A stretch of DNA of 64,000 nt from assembly GCA_947565915.1 (NCBI GenBank), contig CANOHY010000004.1:9254-73253 (forward strand), written 5' to 3'. The notes under the pieces are model-generated. The model was not told the DNA's origin. It did not search any database and saw only the letters and a list, made by a program, of their open reading frames with translations. Of the stretch, positions 54,206 to 63,273 are shown piece by piece. The stretch is from an uncultured Eggerthellaceae bacterium (GTDB lineage Bacteria > Actinomycetota > Coriobacteriia > Coriobacteriales > Eggerthellaceae). A program made the position numbers and the translations under genes. How positions within the stretch are numbered: position 1 is the first letter of the stretch; each line of letters begins with the position of its first letter.

Positions 54206-54940
54206 CTACCACGCTCCCCTGGGCGAGCGCGACCACGAGGACTGCTGCGGCGCGCCCGATGCGTTACCGGACGAAGATGCGCGCTCCCGTTGGCGACGCT
54301 GACGTTCATCGGGCTGATGGCGCGGCACCTGTTGCGTGCGCGCGGATTGCCGCTCGTCTCGCGAACGACCACCCTGTGGCCGACCCGCCTGCTGGCGCGC
54401 CCCAACCTGGCGTGCACTTGCCTGCTGGCGCGCAGCGCCACGTGTCGTGGGACGACCAGATGTGCCGCGGCCCTGCGCTGTTCGCATGCCACGCTGATTT
54501 GCGCGCATTTGAGCCTCTTCGGCAATCGTTCGCGCTTGGCCTTGCGCCTGCTCTACGATTTTGCGTGCTTGGGCATTGGCCTCTTTGAGGATCCGATGCG
54601 CCTCAGCCCGCGCCTCGCTGAGCACCTCGTCTTCGGCACCGCTTACCACCGCGCGCGCCTCTTGTGGCGAGCGCTGCGAGCGCAACGCCAGCTCATCACG
54701 CAAATACTTTATCTCGCGCAGGTATTCATCGGCCGAGCGCTGCACCGACTCGAAGTAGCCGTTGGCCTGCAATGCTGCCTCGGCAATGGAACCCACCTTG
54801 GCATTGCGGGGAAGACGATGTTGGGAAAGCGAGCGCCGCAACTGGTTGTTCTCGGCTATGAGCTCGTCGCATTCGTCGGACAAGTCGACCATGAGCTCCA
54901 AAAGCTCAACGCGGCTCAATTTCTTCAAGCTCTTGTCCAT
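54206..54940 (-). CDS. coiled-coil protein with Arg/Gln-rich disordered C-terminus, hypothetical
   Basis: From ATG 54940 it reads MDKSLKKLSRVELLELMVDLSDECDELIAENNQLRRSL..., followed by EA/QA-rich helical repeats. I do not confidently recognise a family. Confidence 0.5.
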   Translation of the reverse strand: MDKSLKKLSRVELLELMVDLSDECDELIAENNQLRRSLSQHRLPRNAKVGSIAEAALQANGYFESVQRSADEYLREIKYLRDELALRSQRSPQEARAVVSGAEDEVLSEARAEAHRILKEANAQARKIVEQAQGQARTIAEEAQMRANQRGMRTAQGRGTSGRPTTRGAARQQASARQVGARQQAGRPQGGRSRDERQSARTQQVPRHQPDERQRRQRERASSSGNASGAPQQSSWSRSPRGAW

Positions 54941-55079
54941 GGCTGCAACGTTTCTTCTTCGATTACATGAACAGCTCGGCGATGCGCCCCGAATCTTGGC
55001 GCTAATCACGCAGGTTGATTATCGAATAACGAGAAACGTTTTTCAAGGTTGAGCGGGCGCAGCGTTCGCTGGCCGTAAG

Positions 55080-55727
55080 CTATCCCTCGACGATTCGCAA
55101 CAATTCCTCTGGCGCATCGATGATGAAATCGGGGTGTTGTGCCGAAAGCTCGGGCACGCTGAACATGCCCCACGTCACCGCAACCACAGGACAACCTGCA
55201 CCCTTGCCAGCCTGCATGTCGAAGGGGCTATCGCCCACATACAGGCACTCTTCAGGAGCAAGGCCCAGTGCTTCGAGGCCCAACCGCACCGGCTGCGGAT
55301 CGGGCTTGTAGGAAGTGCAGTCATCGGCTCCTATGCAGCAGGAGATGAAAGGTGCCAGCCCGGTGATCTCCAGCCCATGCTCGGCGAGAGCATGCAGCTT
55401 CGAGGTAACCACGCCCAATGCCTGGCCGCGATCGCAAAGCGCCTCGAGCGTCGCAGCGATTCCAGGAAACGCCTTCACGGCTTCGTCGTGGTGCGCGTGG
55501 TTGTGCTCGCGATACACGCGCAAGAACTCCCGCTGAAGCGCCTCGTCTGACGTGAAGGCTTGCGCTTGCACCGCCAAGGGCTGCCCCACCTTCTCCATGA
55601 GCTTCTCGTCGGGAAGCGGTGCGCCCAGCACTTCGGTAGTGGCGTAGCGCATGCTGGCCAAGATGAGGTCGTGCGTGTCGACCAGCGTGCCGTCGTTGTC
55701 GAACAGGATGCCCTTGATCTTCGTCAT
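55080..55727 (-). CDS. HAD-superfamily phosphatase (phosphoglycolate phosphatase/PpaX-like)
   Basis: It has motif I ILFDNDGTLVDT, motif II VVTSK and motif III/IV YVGDSPFDMQAG. Confidence 0.85.
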   Translation of the reverse strand: MTKIKGILFDNDGTLVDTHDLILASMRYATTEVLGAPLPDEKLMEKVGQPLAVQAQAFTSDEALQREFLRVYREHNHAHHDEAVKAFPGIAATLEALCDRGQALGVVTSKLHALAEHGLEITGLAPFISCCIGADDCTSYKPDPQPVRLGLEALGLAPEECLYVGDSPFDMQAGKGAGCPVVAVTWGMFSVPELSAQHPDFIIDAPEELLRIVEG

Positions 55728-55733
55728 GGCCAG

Positions 55734-56810
55734 CTACTCTCGGTTGTCGGGTTGAACGGACGGCTGATTTGAAGGCGATGACATTGACGCAGGGGCTTGT
55801 CCTGTGGGCATGTGCCCAGGCGGCTCCACAGGCTGTCCCATAGGTGGCTGCGCGCCCATGCCTTCGCGCATCTTCTGCTGCGCTGGCGTGTTCGGCAGCG
55901 GGATATCGCTTTGGCCACCCGCATTCGGATTGGACGCCAACTCGAAGGGCAGCGGATCGTCCTGGCCACCCCAAAGCGCCACGTCGAAGCCCATGGTCCA
56001 ATACCCCATGGCACGCACCACCAGCATGGTCATGAACACGCTTGCAAGATTAGCCACATACAGGTAGATGACGAGCATCAACAGCGCCACGGGACCTGCA
56101 GTCGCAAGGATGTTGAGCAGCAGCGCAACGGGCTGCACGGTGGCATAATACTGCAGATACGAGGCATCGAAACCGGCAATCGAGCCCACGATGGCAAAGA
56201 TGACCGGCATGATGAGGATCACGCCAACCATAACCAGGATTACTGCCACCACCAGACCAACCAAAAGCCCCATTCCCAGGATGCGGCCCATGCCGCTGGC
56301 ATCGTGGCGGAACATGCGCACGATTTTGCCCAGCTGGAACCCTGCCGAGAGCTTGTCGTAGATGGCCACGCGCATGCTGCCAACGAGAGCAAGCAGCCCC
56401 AGCAGCACGCCTAGCACCAAGGCCACCAGTTGCAGCACGTTGCGCAATACCACCAAAGAGGGGTTCGCCACAACCTGAGGCCCGAACATCGTCCATACCA
56501 CTTCATTCGTTTCCAACGCCCCCGCCACGATGTTCAAGATGAGAGGGATAAGCTGGAAGATGAAGCAGAGCAGCAGCACGAACCAGCCTCTGCGCCAGAA
56601 GCGCCCATCATCGTTGCAAATGATCTTCGACGGCATGGGCTTATGGGTGCCCCAAGCGATCTCGCGCGCCCAGCCGAAAGCATAGGCGTACAGCACCAGC
56701 ACTCCGAAGATAGGCACGAAGCACAGAAGCGCAAGCAGGCACAGGCGCCCGAACCACCCCGGGCTGTGCTTGATGTCCTGCCATGCGGTATGGAAGTAGC
56801 GAACTTGCAT
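55734..56810 (-). CDS. polytopic membrane protein with Pro/Gln-rich C-terminus, hypothetical
   Basis: 358 aa with ~6 TM helices and a GAGGAGG RBS. I recognise no family. Confidence 0.6.
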   Translation of the reverse strand: MQVRYFHTAWQDIKHSPGWFGRLCLLALLCFVPIFGVLVLYAYAFGWAREIAWGTHKPMPSKIICNDDGRFWRRGWFVLLLCFIFQLIPLILNIVAGALETNEVVWTMFGPQVVANPSLVVLRNVLQLVALVLGVLLGLLALVGSMRVAIYDKLSAGFQLGKIVRMFRHDASGMGRILGMGLLVGLVVAVILVMVGVILIMPVIFAIVGSIAGFDASYLQYYATVQPVALLLNILATAGPVALLMLVIYLYVANLASVFMTMLVVRAMGYWTMGFDVALWGGQDDPLPFELASNPNAGGQSDIPLPNTPAQQKMREGMGAQPPMGQPVEPPGHMPTGQAPASMSSPSNQPSVQPDNRE

Positions 56811-56916
56811 AATGCCTCCTCAAGGCTCAAAGAGTCGCTGCGATTATCGCGCGCAATGAGACTTTGTTACCACATTGTTACCGTACCGGTTCCCACGACC
56901 GGCCACTTGCAATAGC

Positions 56917-57024
56917 GTGCCTTGCCTTGATGCGCACGGCTAAAGCTTCGCCGCCAAGCGCAACGGCGCAAGCGCCTGCGCTTGTGCGCTCCAGAAATAG
57001 CCGTGTCACATCAAGGCAAGGCAC
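56917..57024. repeat. 108-nt extended imperfect hairpin (long inverted repeat)
   Basis: GTGCCTTGCCTTGATG..CACGGCT (56917-41) pairs with AGCCGTG...CATCAAGGCAAGGCAC (56999-57024), giving 16 bp, an internal loop and 7 bp. The apical GCGCAAGCGC/GCGCTTGTGCGC also pairs. Confidence 0.8.
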
Positions 57025-57202
57025 GTTTCTCGATGGTCTTGATTGCCCATGAGGCGTTCCGTAGGCTCGATACGACACAGCATTTCCGGAAACCAAAAAA
57101 CGCAGAAATAGCCGAAGGCTATTACGCGGCGTTTTGGCTTGAGGATTTGCTGTACGTATTGAGGCTACAGAAAGCCTTATGCAAGTACGCAAAAGAGGTG
57201 CG

Positions 57203-57232
57203 TAAAAGAAACGGGTCGGCATGCGCCGACCC
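57203..57232 (-). terminator. rho-independent terminator of rplJ-rplL
   Basis: On the minus strand it reads GGGTCGGC-gcat-GCCGACCC followed by GTTTCTTTTA, 29 nt after the rplL stop. Confidence 0.7.
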
Positions 57233-57260
57233 GCAAGGTAGTGCCAGTTCGAAGCAGAAG

Positions 57261-57647
57261 CTACTTCAGGGAAACTGCAGCGCCAGCCTCCTCGAGGGTG
57301 GACTTGATCTCCTCGGCCTTGTCCTTGGCCACGCCCTCCTGAATGGTGGTAGGAGCACTCTCCACAGCCTCCTTGGCCTCCTTCAGGCCCAGGCCGGTGA
57401 TCTCGCGGACAGCCTTGATGACAGCGATCTTGTTGTCGCCGAAGCCCTCGAGCACAACGTCGAAGTCGCTCTTCTCCTCGGCAGCACCGCCAGCCTCGCC
57501 GCCAGCAACAGCGCCAACAGCAGCAACTGCCACAGGGGCAGCAGCAGACACGCCGAACTCTTCCTCGATCATCTTCACGAGCTCGGAAGCCTCGAGCAGC
57601 GACATCTCTTTCAGAGCCTCGATGATCTCTTCTTTGGTAGCAGCCAT
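57261..57647 (-). CDS. rplL: 50S ribosomal protein L7/L12
   Basis: From ATG 57647 it reads [38 protein letters not shown]...[21 protein letters not shown]. Confidence 0.95.
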   Translation of the reverse strand: MAATKEEIIEALKEMSLLEASELVKMIEEEFGVSAAAPVAVAAVGAVAGGEAGGAAEEKSDFDVVLEGFGDNKIAVIKAVREITGLGLKEAKEAVESAPTTIQEGVAKDKAEEIKSTLEEAGAAVSLK

Positions 57648-57747
57648 TTCTTGTTTCCTTTCGTTTGCGGGCCTTATGCCCGTCACGCGGCATCAGGCCG
57701 CGCATGCTGATAATCCCTTGCGACCCACAAGGCCGCATGCGCTGCCC

Positions 57748-58266
57748 TTAGGCAGCCTTCTGGTCGGCAACCTGCTTGATAGCCTGAGCCAACCCGCTGG
57801 GCACGCCATTGATGGAAACGGCAATGCCACGCGCCACGCCCGAGATTGCGCCAGCAATCTTGGCCACGAGCTCTTCCTTGGAAGGCAGCGAAGCGATGGC
57901 GGCAACCTGGGAAGCATCCAGGAAGTCGTTGCCCATCATGCCACCTTTGACCTCCAGCTTGTCATTGGCCTTGGCGAATTCGGTCACGGCCTTGGCAGCC
58001 GCCGCCACGTCGCCCGTGCAAACGACGAAGGCTGAGGGGCCTTCGAGGATGGAATCCATGTTCAGCTTGTCGAGGTCCTTCAGCGCGATGCGCACGATGG
58101 TGTTCTTGTACACCTTCATCACGGCACCCGCCTCGCGGATGGACCGACGCAGCTCCTCGACCTCCTTCACGGTAAGGCCGCATGCGTCGACTACCCATAC
58201 CGCCTCAGCCTCGCTGAAGTCGGCCTTCACGGCTTCCATCATCTCTTGGTTGCGTACATTCGGCAT
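57748..58266 (-). CDS. rplJ: 50S ribosomal protein L10
   Basis: From ATG 58266 (GAAGGAGG RBS) it reads MPNVRNQEMMEAVKADFSEAEAVWVVDACGLTVKEVEELRRSIREAGAVMKVYKNT. Confidence 0.95.
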   Translation of the reverse strand: MPNVRNQEMMEAVKADFSEAEAVWVVDACGLTVKEVEELRRSIREAGAVMKVYKNTIVRIALKDLDKLNMDSILEGPSAFVVCTGDVAAAAKAVTEFAKANDKLEVKGGMMGNDFLDASQVAAIASLPSKEELVAKIAGAISGVARGIAVSINGVPSGLAQAIKQVADQKAA

Positions 58267-58482
58267 ATATTGCACCTCCTTCTCGAAGCATCGGTTCCGC
58301 CCTTCGGGTGGGACGTTCGCTCCGAAAAGAAAACGACCCTTGCTCGAAAGACAGCAAGGGTCGCACTTGTTCATCCAAAGCACAACCACCTCGGCTGGCC
58401 GCTTGCGCGTTTGAGCCTTTCGGCACCTGCTGTCTTCAGTAGCGGAACTACGTATAGTTCATGCTGCGCGAACGCAGCCTTG
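58267..58482 (-). promoter_or_regulatory. rplJ 5' leader with terminator/attenuator hairpin (L10-leader-like)
   Basis: On the minus strand, GACCCTTGCT-gtctttcg-AGCAAGGGTC followed by GTTTTCTTTTC (58324-58362) lies ~60 nt upstream of the rplJ ATG. Further hairpins lie upstream. The position matches known L10 autoregulatory leaders. Confidence 0.5.
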
Positions 58483-60564
58483 TTAAGATACCTCCTCGGA
58501 TTTGCCCGCGACGTCATTTGGCAGAGTCTCCACAGCTTCTGCACTTTCTTGCGCCGTGGTGGTACCGTCGGTAACGCCCGCGGCATTGCTGGGCTCGGTT
58601 TCACCGGAGGTGATCGTGCTCACCGTGTTCGTGGGCTCGCCCTTGATATAGTCGAACGCGATGGAATCCCCGGTGTCGTAGCCCACGATCTGGATGGCAT
58701 TCGGCAAGACGAAATCGTAGATCGCATCGTCACCTTGCAGTGTGACATAGAAGTGCGAGTTGCCCTCGATCACCGCCTGGTAGATGGTGCGTATGGTGCC
58801 TGACGCGTTCGCGTAGCTCTCGGAATCAACCAGGTCGTCACCAGAGATCGCGCCATTGGTGGCCAGCAGCGACTCATAGGACTTCTGGCAGTCGGCCACC
58901 GTGTCGCCCACCGCTACGTTCTGATAGCGCTGGATGTCGATCATCGCGAACTTCTTCACCAGCCCTGCGCCATCCTTCAGCGCCATGAAGTAGGTGGGTT
59001 GGTTCGACACGTTGATGAGCAGCGGGAAGGTGGCGGTGTAGCGCAAGTTCTGCACCTGGCCCTCGGCGGATTCCATTGCCGATTCTTCGGTTGCGCCCGC
59101 AACGGCGTAGTAGTGCGATTCAGCTGTGCGCTGATTCACCAACACGAAGCCCACGATGGAGTTGTCGGCCGTAGCAGAAGTCACGCCGGTGTATACCCAC
59201 ACGTCGTCATCCTTGGCAATGTAGTTGTAACCAAGCGTGCCATCGGTGCCAGGCGTGGTCTGCACCACGCCCGCCTGGCCCAGCCACGAGTTGAACCAGC
59301 CGCTGGCATATTTGCCCGACCAGTTGTACTGCTTGATCAGCAGCTCGGCCGGATACACGCGGTCGACCCACTGCGGGCAATCCTCGATGGCAAGCTCTTG
59401 GCATTCGCCCGTGCACGCGTTGCACAGAATCACCTTGTTGATGGTCTCGCCACCGAACAGGCCAATGGTGTACTGGCGCACCGGGCAAATCCACCACGGC
59501 ATGCCATCCTCGTCGATCTCGAACGACTTCTCGTCGAAGATATAGAACGGGTACTTCAGCTGGACATAGCGATCGATGTTGCGCGCAAGCGGCTCAGACG
59601 CCGTGTACTTCATGCCCTGGCCTTCAGGCAAGCGCACGATCTCGGCATCCTGAGTGGTCATGTTCACCAGCGCATAGGCCGGAATGCCCGCCTCGCGATT
59701 CGTGAGCCACTTGAACAGGTCGGCATAGCCCAGCGGACTCACGCGCACCGGGGTTCCCTTGTAGTTGATCTGGCTGTAGAGGCTGGAAACCTCGAACTGG
59801 CTCACGTAGTCGGGAATGGAGCCCATCTCGCGGTTGCCGAGCAAGATGGCCGAATTGCGATCGATCACGGGGATCTCGGAGTAGTTGACCTCCTTGATAT
59901 CCTGCGAGAAATCGAGCGTATCGGTCTTCAGCACGCTGGCGTACTTCTGAGCGTTGCCCGGGAACAAGGAAAGGGAGAGGATGGCCCCGATGATGCCCAC
60001 AGCCGCAATTGCGATGGGCACGTAGGATGCCACCTTGAACGTCTTCGCCTTGCCCTTGCTGGGATCGAGTTTGCTATCGCCTGTTTCGTAACGGCGCGAG
60101 CGCGCGCGGAAGAACAGGTAGCACGGCAGCAGGATGAGGATGGCCACGAACAGCCAGCAATCCACGCTGTTGATGGAAATGGGCGGGTGGAACCACCAGT
60201 AGGCCGCCAGAATGATGATGACCGCCACGATGACGGCGATGATGATGGTCTTCTTGCTCCACGAAGCCATGCTGTCGCGAAGCGAGCTCATCACTTGCAC
60301 GTTGGGCGGCTCGTTGCCGTTGCCGCCACCGTTGCCTCCGCGCCCAGCACCACGGCCGCCTTCGAAGATCGAGAACCCTTTGAAGGGCATGTTACCGCGC
60401 GAGCCATTGCCGCTGCTGCCACTGTTGCCCGCTCCAGAGCTTCCTTGACCAGAGGATGCGGCAGACGCCGCACCGTTCGACGAGGACGAACCATCAAGAT
60501 CGTCGATGTTCATCCCCGAGTTCTTCAGCGCGTCGATGAGCGACTGAAAGCCCGAATCTGCCAT
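58483..60564 (-). CDS. conserved-looking membrane protein of unknown function (Gly/Ser/Asn-rich N-terminus, 3 TM, ~500-aa extracytoplasmic domain)
   Basis: 693 aa with an AGGAGGG RBS and TM helices at about residues 105-125, 135-155 and 185-205. I recognise no family. Confidence 0.6.
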   Translation of the reverse strand: MADSGFQSLIDALKNSGMNIDDLDGSSSSNGAASAASSGQGSSGAGNSGSSGNGSRGNMPFKGFSIFEGGRGAGRGGNGGGNGNEPPNVQVMSSLRDSMASWSKKTIIIAVIVAVIIILAAYWWFHPPISINSVDCWLFVAILILLPCYLFFRARSRRYETGDSKLDPSKGKAKTFKVASYVPIAIAAVGIIGAILSLSLFPGNAQKYASVLKTDTLDFSQDIKEVNYSEIPVIDRNSAILLGNREMGSIPDYVSQFEVSSLYSQINYKGTPVRVSPLGYADLFKWLTNREAGIPAYALVNMTTQDAEIVRLPEGQGMKYTASEPLARNIDRYVQLKYPFYIFDEKSFEIDEDGMPWWICPVRQYTIGLFGGETINKVILCNACTGECQELAIEDCPQWVDRVYPAELLIKQYNWSGKYASGWFNSWLGQAGVVQTTPGTDGTLGYNYIAKDDDVWVYTGVTSATADNSIVGFVLVNQRTAESHYYAVAGATEESAMESAEGQVQNLRYTATFPLLINVSNQPTYFMALKDGAGLVKKFAMIDIQRYQNVAVGDTVADCQKSYESLLATNGAISGDDLVDSESYANASGTIRTIYQAVIEGNSHFYVTLQGDDAIYDFVLPNAIQIVGYDTGDSIAFDYIKGEPTNTVSTITSGETEPSNAAGVTDGTTTAQESAEAVETLPNDVAGKSEEVS

Positions 60565-60586
60565 AAACCCTCCTATGAGACGATTT

Positions 60587-63271
60587 CTAGATAAGCAGTC
60601 TCAGCACGTACTGCAAAATCCCTCCATGCGCAAAGTATGCACCTTCAGTTGCCGTATCGATGCGCACCGTTGCCATAAAGTTTACCTGCGATCCATCAGG
60701 TCGCAGCGCCACAACGTGAACTCTCCTCGAATCCGGCAAACCATCCGAGAAGTCCACATGCCCGATGGAAATGGTCTCCTCGCCGGTAAGCCCCAGGCTG
60801 GAGGCGCTTTCGCCCTCTTCGAACTGAAGCGGCAAGATGCCCATGCCAATGAGGTTCGACCTATGGATGCGCTCGAAGCTCTCGGCGATTACCGCGCGCA
60901 CGCCCAACAGCAGCGGGCCCTTGGCCGCCCAGTCGCGCGACGAGCCCGAACCATACATCTTGCCAGCGATCACCACCAGCGGCACATCGGCTTGCCGGTA
61001 GGCACAGGCAGCATCGTAGAGAGGCTCGACCTCATCGATCAGGAAGTTGCGCGTCCAACCACCCATGCGCCCCTCGGCCAGGAGGTTTCTCAACTTCACG
61101 TTGGCGAACGTGCCGCGCATGAGCACCTCATGGTTGCCCCGGCGCGACCCATACGTGTTGAAGCTCTCGGGTTGCACGCCGCAATCGGTCAGGTAGCGGC
61201 CAGCAGCCGTGTCGGCCGCAAACGCCCCAGCGGGCGAGATGTGATCGGTGGTGATGAAGTCGCCCAGCAACGCCAGCACGCGCGCACCTGCGATGTCTTG
61301 AGGCGTGGGCACCTCGCGCGTCATTCCCTCGAAATAGGGAGCCTTGCGCACGTAGGTCGAATCGGGATTCCATGCGAAGAGGTCGCTTGGCTGCTGGCTC
61401 AAGCGCTGCCAAGCTTCAGTGCCCTCGAACATGCCCTCGCTGCCTGCGCGGTAAAGGTCCTCGTTCACGAATGCGCCAAGCAGCTCCTCCACCTCTTCGC
61501 TCGAGGGCCACAGATCGCGCAGATACACGCTCTTCCCCTCGGCGTTAGTGCCAAGCGGCTCGGCTTCCATGTCGAAATCGATGGTGCCAGCTATGGCAAA
61601 AGCCACCACCAGCGCCGGCGTCATGAGATAGTTCTGGGAAACATCAGGCGAGATGCGCCCCTCGAAGTTACGATTGCCCGAAAGCGCGCTGGCAAGCTCG
61701 ATGCTGCTGCTGACCTCGTGCATAGCCAAGCTCAAAGGACCCGAGTTGCCGATGCAGCTCATGCAACCGAAACCGCATGTGTGAAAGCCCAGGGCACGCA
61801 AGCCTTCCATGAGCCCGGCTCGCTCGAGCAGAAGCTCGGTGGCCTTGCTGCCCGGTGCCAGGATGGTCTTCACCCAAGGCTTTGCGACAAGCCCGGCCTC
61901 GGCAGCCTTCTTCGCCAGCAAGCCGCACGTCAGCATCATGGCTGGGTCGGTCGCCGTGGTGCAGCTGGTCACGGCCGCAATGGCAAGCGCCCCTTGGCCC
62001 AGCTGGCACGTCGCGTCATCGAGCGCGACCTCCACCTTCTTCGCCGCATTCAAGCCACGCTCGGTGCAGATCTGCGCAAAGCGCTCCTTGAGGGCGCGCA
62101 GCGGAATGCGGTCGTGTGGCCGCGATGGGCCGGCGACAGATGCCTCAACGCTTCCCAGGTCGAAGTCGATCACTTGGGAATAGGTGCGCTCGCGCTCGTC
62201 GCGCCAGCAGCCCTGCGCCTTCGCATAGGCTTCCACCAAGGCTACCTGATGCGCATCGCGTCCGGTCAGCCGCAGGTAACCCAAGGTACGCTCGTCGATG
62301 GGGAACAGAGTGCACGTGCTGCCGTATTCGGGAGTCATGTTCGCGATGCATGCGCGCTGCGTCACGCTGAGCGCGCCAACGCCTGGGCCGAAGCACTCCA
62401 CGAAGCAGCCCACCACGCCCAATGCGCGCAAGCGCTCTGCGAAGCTGAGCGACACGTCCATGGCAGTTGCGCCTGGTGCCAAAGAGCCCGTCAAGCGCAC
62501 GCCCACCACACGCGGAACCAGCGTGGTCACCGGCTGTCCCAGCGCAGCAGCCTCGGCTTCGATGCCGCCTACGCCCCAGCCCAGCACGCCCAGGCCATTA
62601 ACCGTGGGCGTGTGAGAATCGGTGCCGATCACCGTGTCGAAATAGGCCAACGGCAGCTCCTCCTCGTCGGTCGAGGACGTCATCACCACCGATGCCAAGC
62701 GCTCGATGTTCAGCTGATGACATATGCCCTGCCCTGGCGGCACGATGCGCACGTTGTCGAACGACTCTTGCGCCCATTTCAAGAACTCGTAACGTTCGGC
62801 ATTGCGCTCGAATTCCAACCGTTCGTTAGTCTCCAGCGCGCTCGCGCAACCCGCCTCATCGGCAATCACTGAATGGTCCACTATCAAATCGCAAGGCACC
62901 AGCGGGTTTATGCGCGCAGGATCACCCCCCAGCGCCACGCATGCTTCGCGCATGGCGGCAAAATCCACGAACACGGGCACGCCCGTGAAATCCTGGAACA
63001 GCACGCGAGCAGGCGCGAACTCTATCTCGCCCGCGGCACCTGCCTCGGCGGCGCACCCGTCGCTTGCCTGCGAGGCAGCCACTATGCGCTGCGCATAACG
63101 AGCAGCTTCCTGGCCATCGCGCGCATTGCGCAATGCGTTCTCGAGCAGCACGCTAAGCGAGAAGGGCAGCTTTTCTGAACCCTCTACGGCCGAAACGGGA
63201 AAGTAGCGATACGTCTTTCCCTCTACCTCCAGCATGGAGGGCGCGCCTGGCATCTGGCTTGCTTGCGTCAT
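60587..63271 (-). CDS. acnA: aconitate hydratase A
   Basis: From ATG 63271 it reads MTQASQMPGAPSMLEVEGKTYRYFPVS...LPFSLSVLLENALRN. It has the FeS-ligand regions IGTDSHT and CTTC.../GFGCMSCIGNSG. Confidence 0.92.
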   Translation of the reverse strand: MTQASQMPGAPSMLEVEGKTYRYFPVSAVEGSEKLPFSLSVLLENALRNARDGQEAARYAQRIVAASQASDGCAAEAGAAGEIEFAPARVLFQDFTGVPVFVDFAAMREACVALGGDPARINPLVPCDLIVDHSVIADEAGCASALETNERLEFERNAERYEFLKWAQESFDNVRIVPPGQGICHQLNIERLASVVMTSSTDEEELPLAYFDTVIGTDSHTPTVNGLGVLGWGVGGIEAEAAALGQPVTTLVPRVVGVRLTGSLAPGATAMDVSLSFAERLRALGVVGCFVECFGPGVGALSVTQRACIANMTPEYGSTCTLFPIDERTLGYLRLTGRDAHQVALVEAYAKAQGCWRDERERTYSQVIDFDLGSVEASVAGPSRPHDRIPLRALKERFAQICTERGLNAAKKVEVALDDATCQLGQGALAIAAVTSCTTATDPAMMLTCGLLAKKAAEAGLVAKPWVKTILAPGSKATELLLERAGLMEGLRALGFHTCGFGCMSCIGNSGPLSLAMHEVSSSIELASALSGNRNFEGRISPDVSQNYLMTPALVVAFAIAGTIDFDMEAEPLGTNAEGKSVYLRDLWPSSEEVEELLGAFVNEDLYRAGSEGMFEGTEAWQRLSQQPSDLFAWNPDSTYVRKAPYFEGMTREVPTPQDIAGARVLALLGDFITTDHISPAGAFAADTAAGRYLTDCGVQPESFNTYGSRRGNHEVLMRGTFANVKLRNLLAEGRMGGWTRNFLIDEVEPLYDAACAYRQADVPLVVIAGKMYGSGSSRDWAAKGPLLLGVRAVIAESFERIHRSNLIGMGILPLQFEEGESASSLGLTGEETISIGHVDFSDGLPDSRRVHVVALRPDGSQVNFMATVRIDTATEGAYFAHGGILQYVLRLLI

Positions 63272-63273
63272 CG

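Noticed and set aside
60575-62872. 765-aa + strand ORF opposite acnA; likewise 40597-42198, 49144-50796, 16353-17687, 660-1538, 12828-13577 and 47491-48681
   Set aside because: They are shadow ORFs antisense to confidently identified genes (acnA, corC/membrane genes, hypF/pgi, GH25, glpK, rSAM). They have no motifs and skewed Arg/His/Ala composition.
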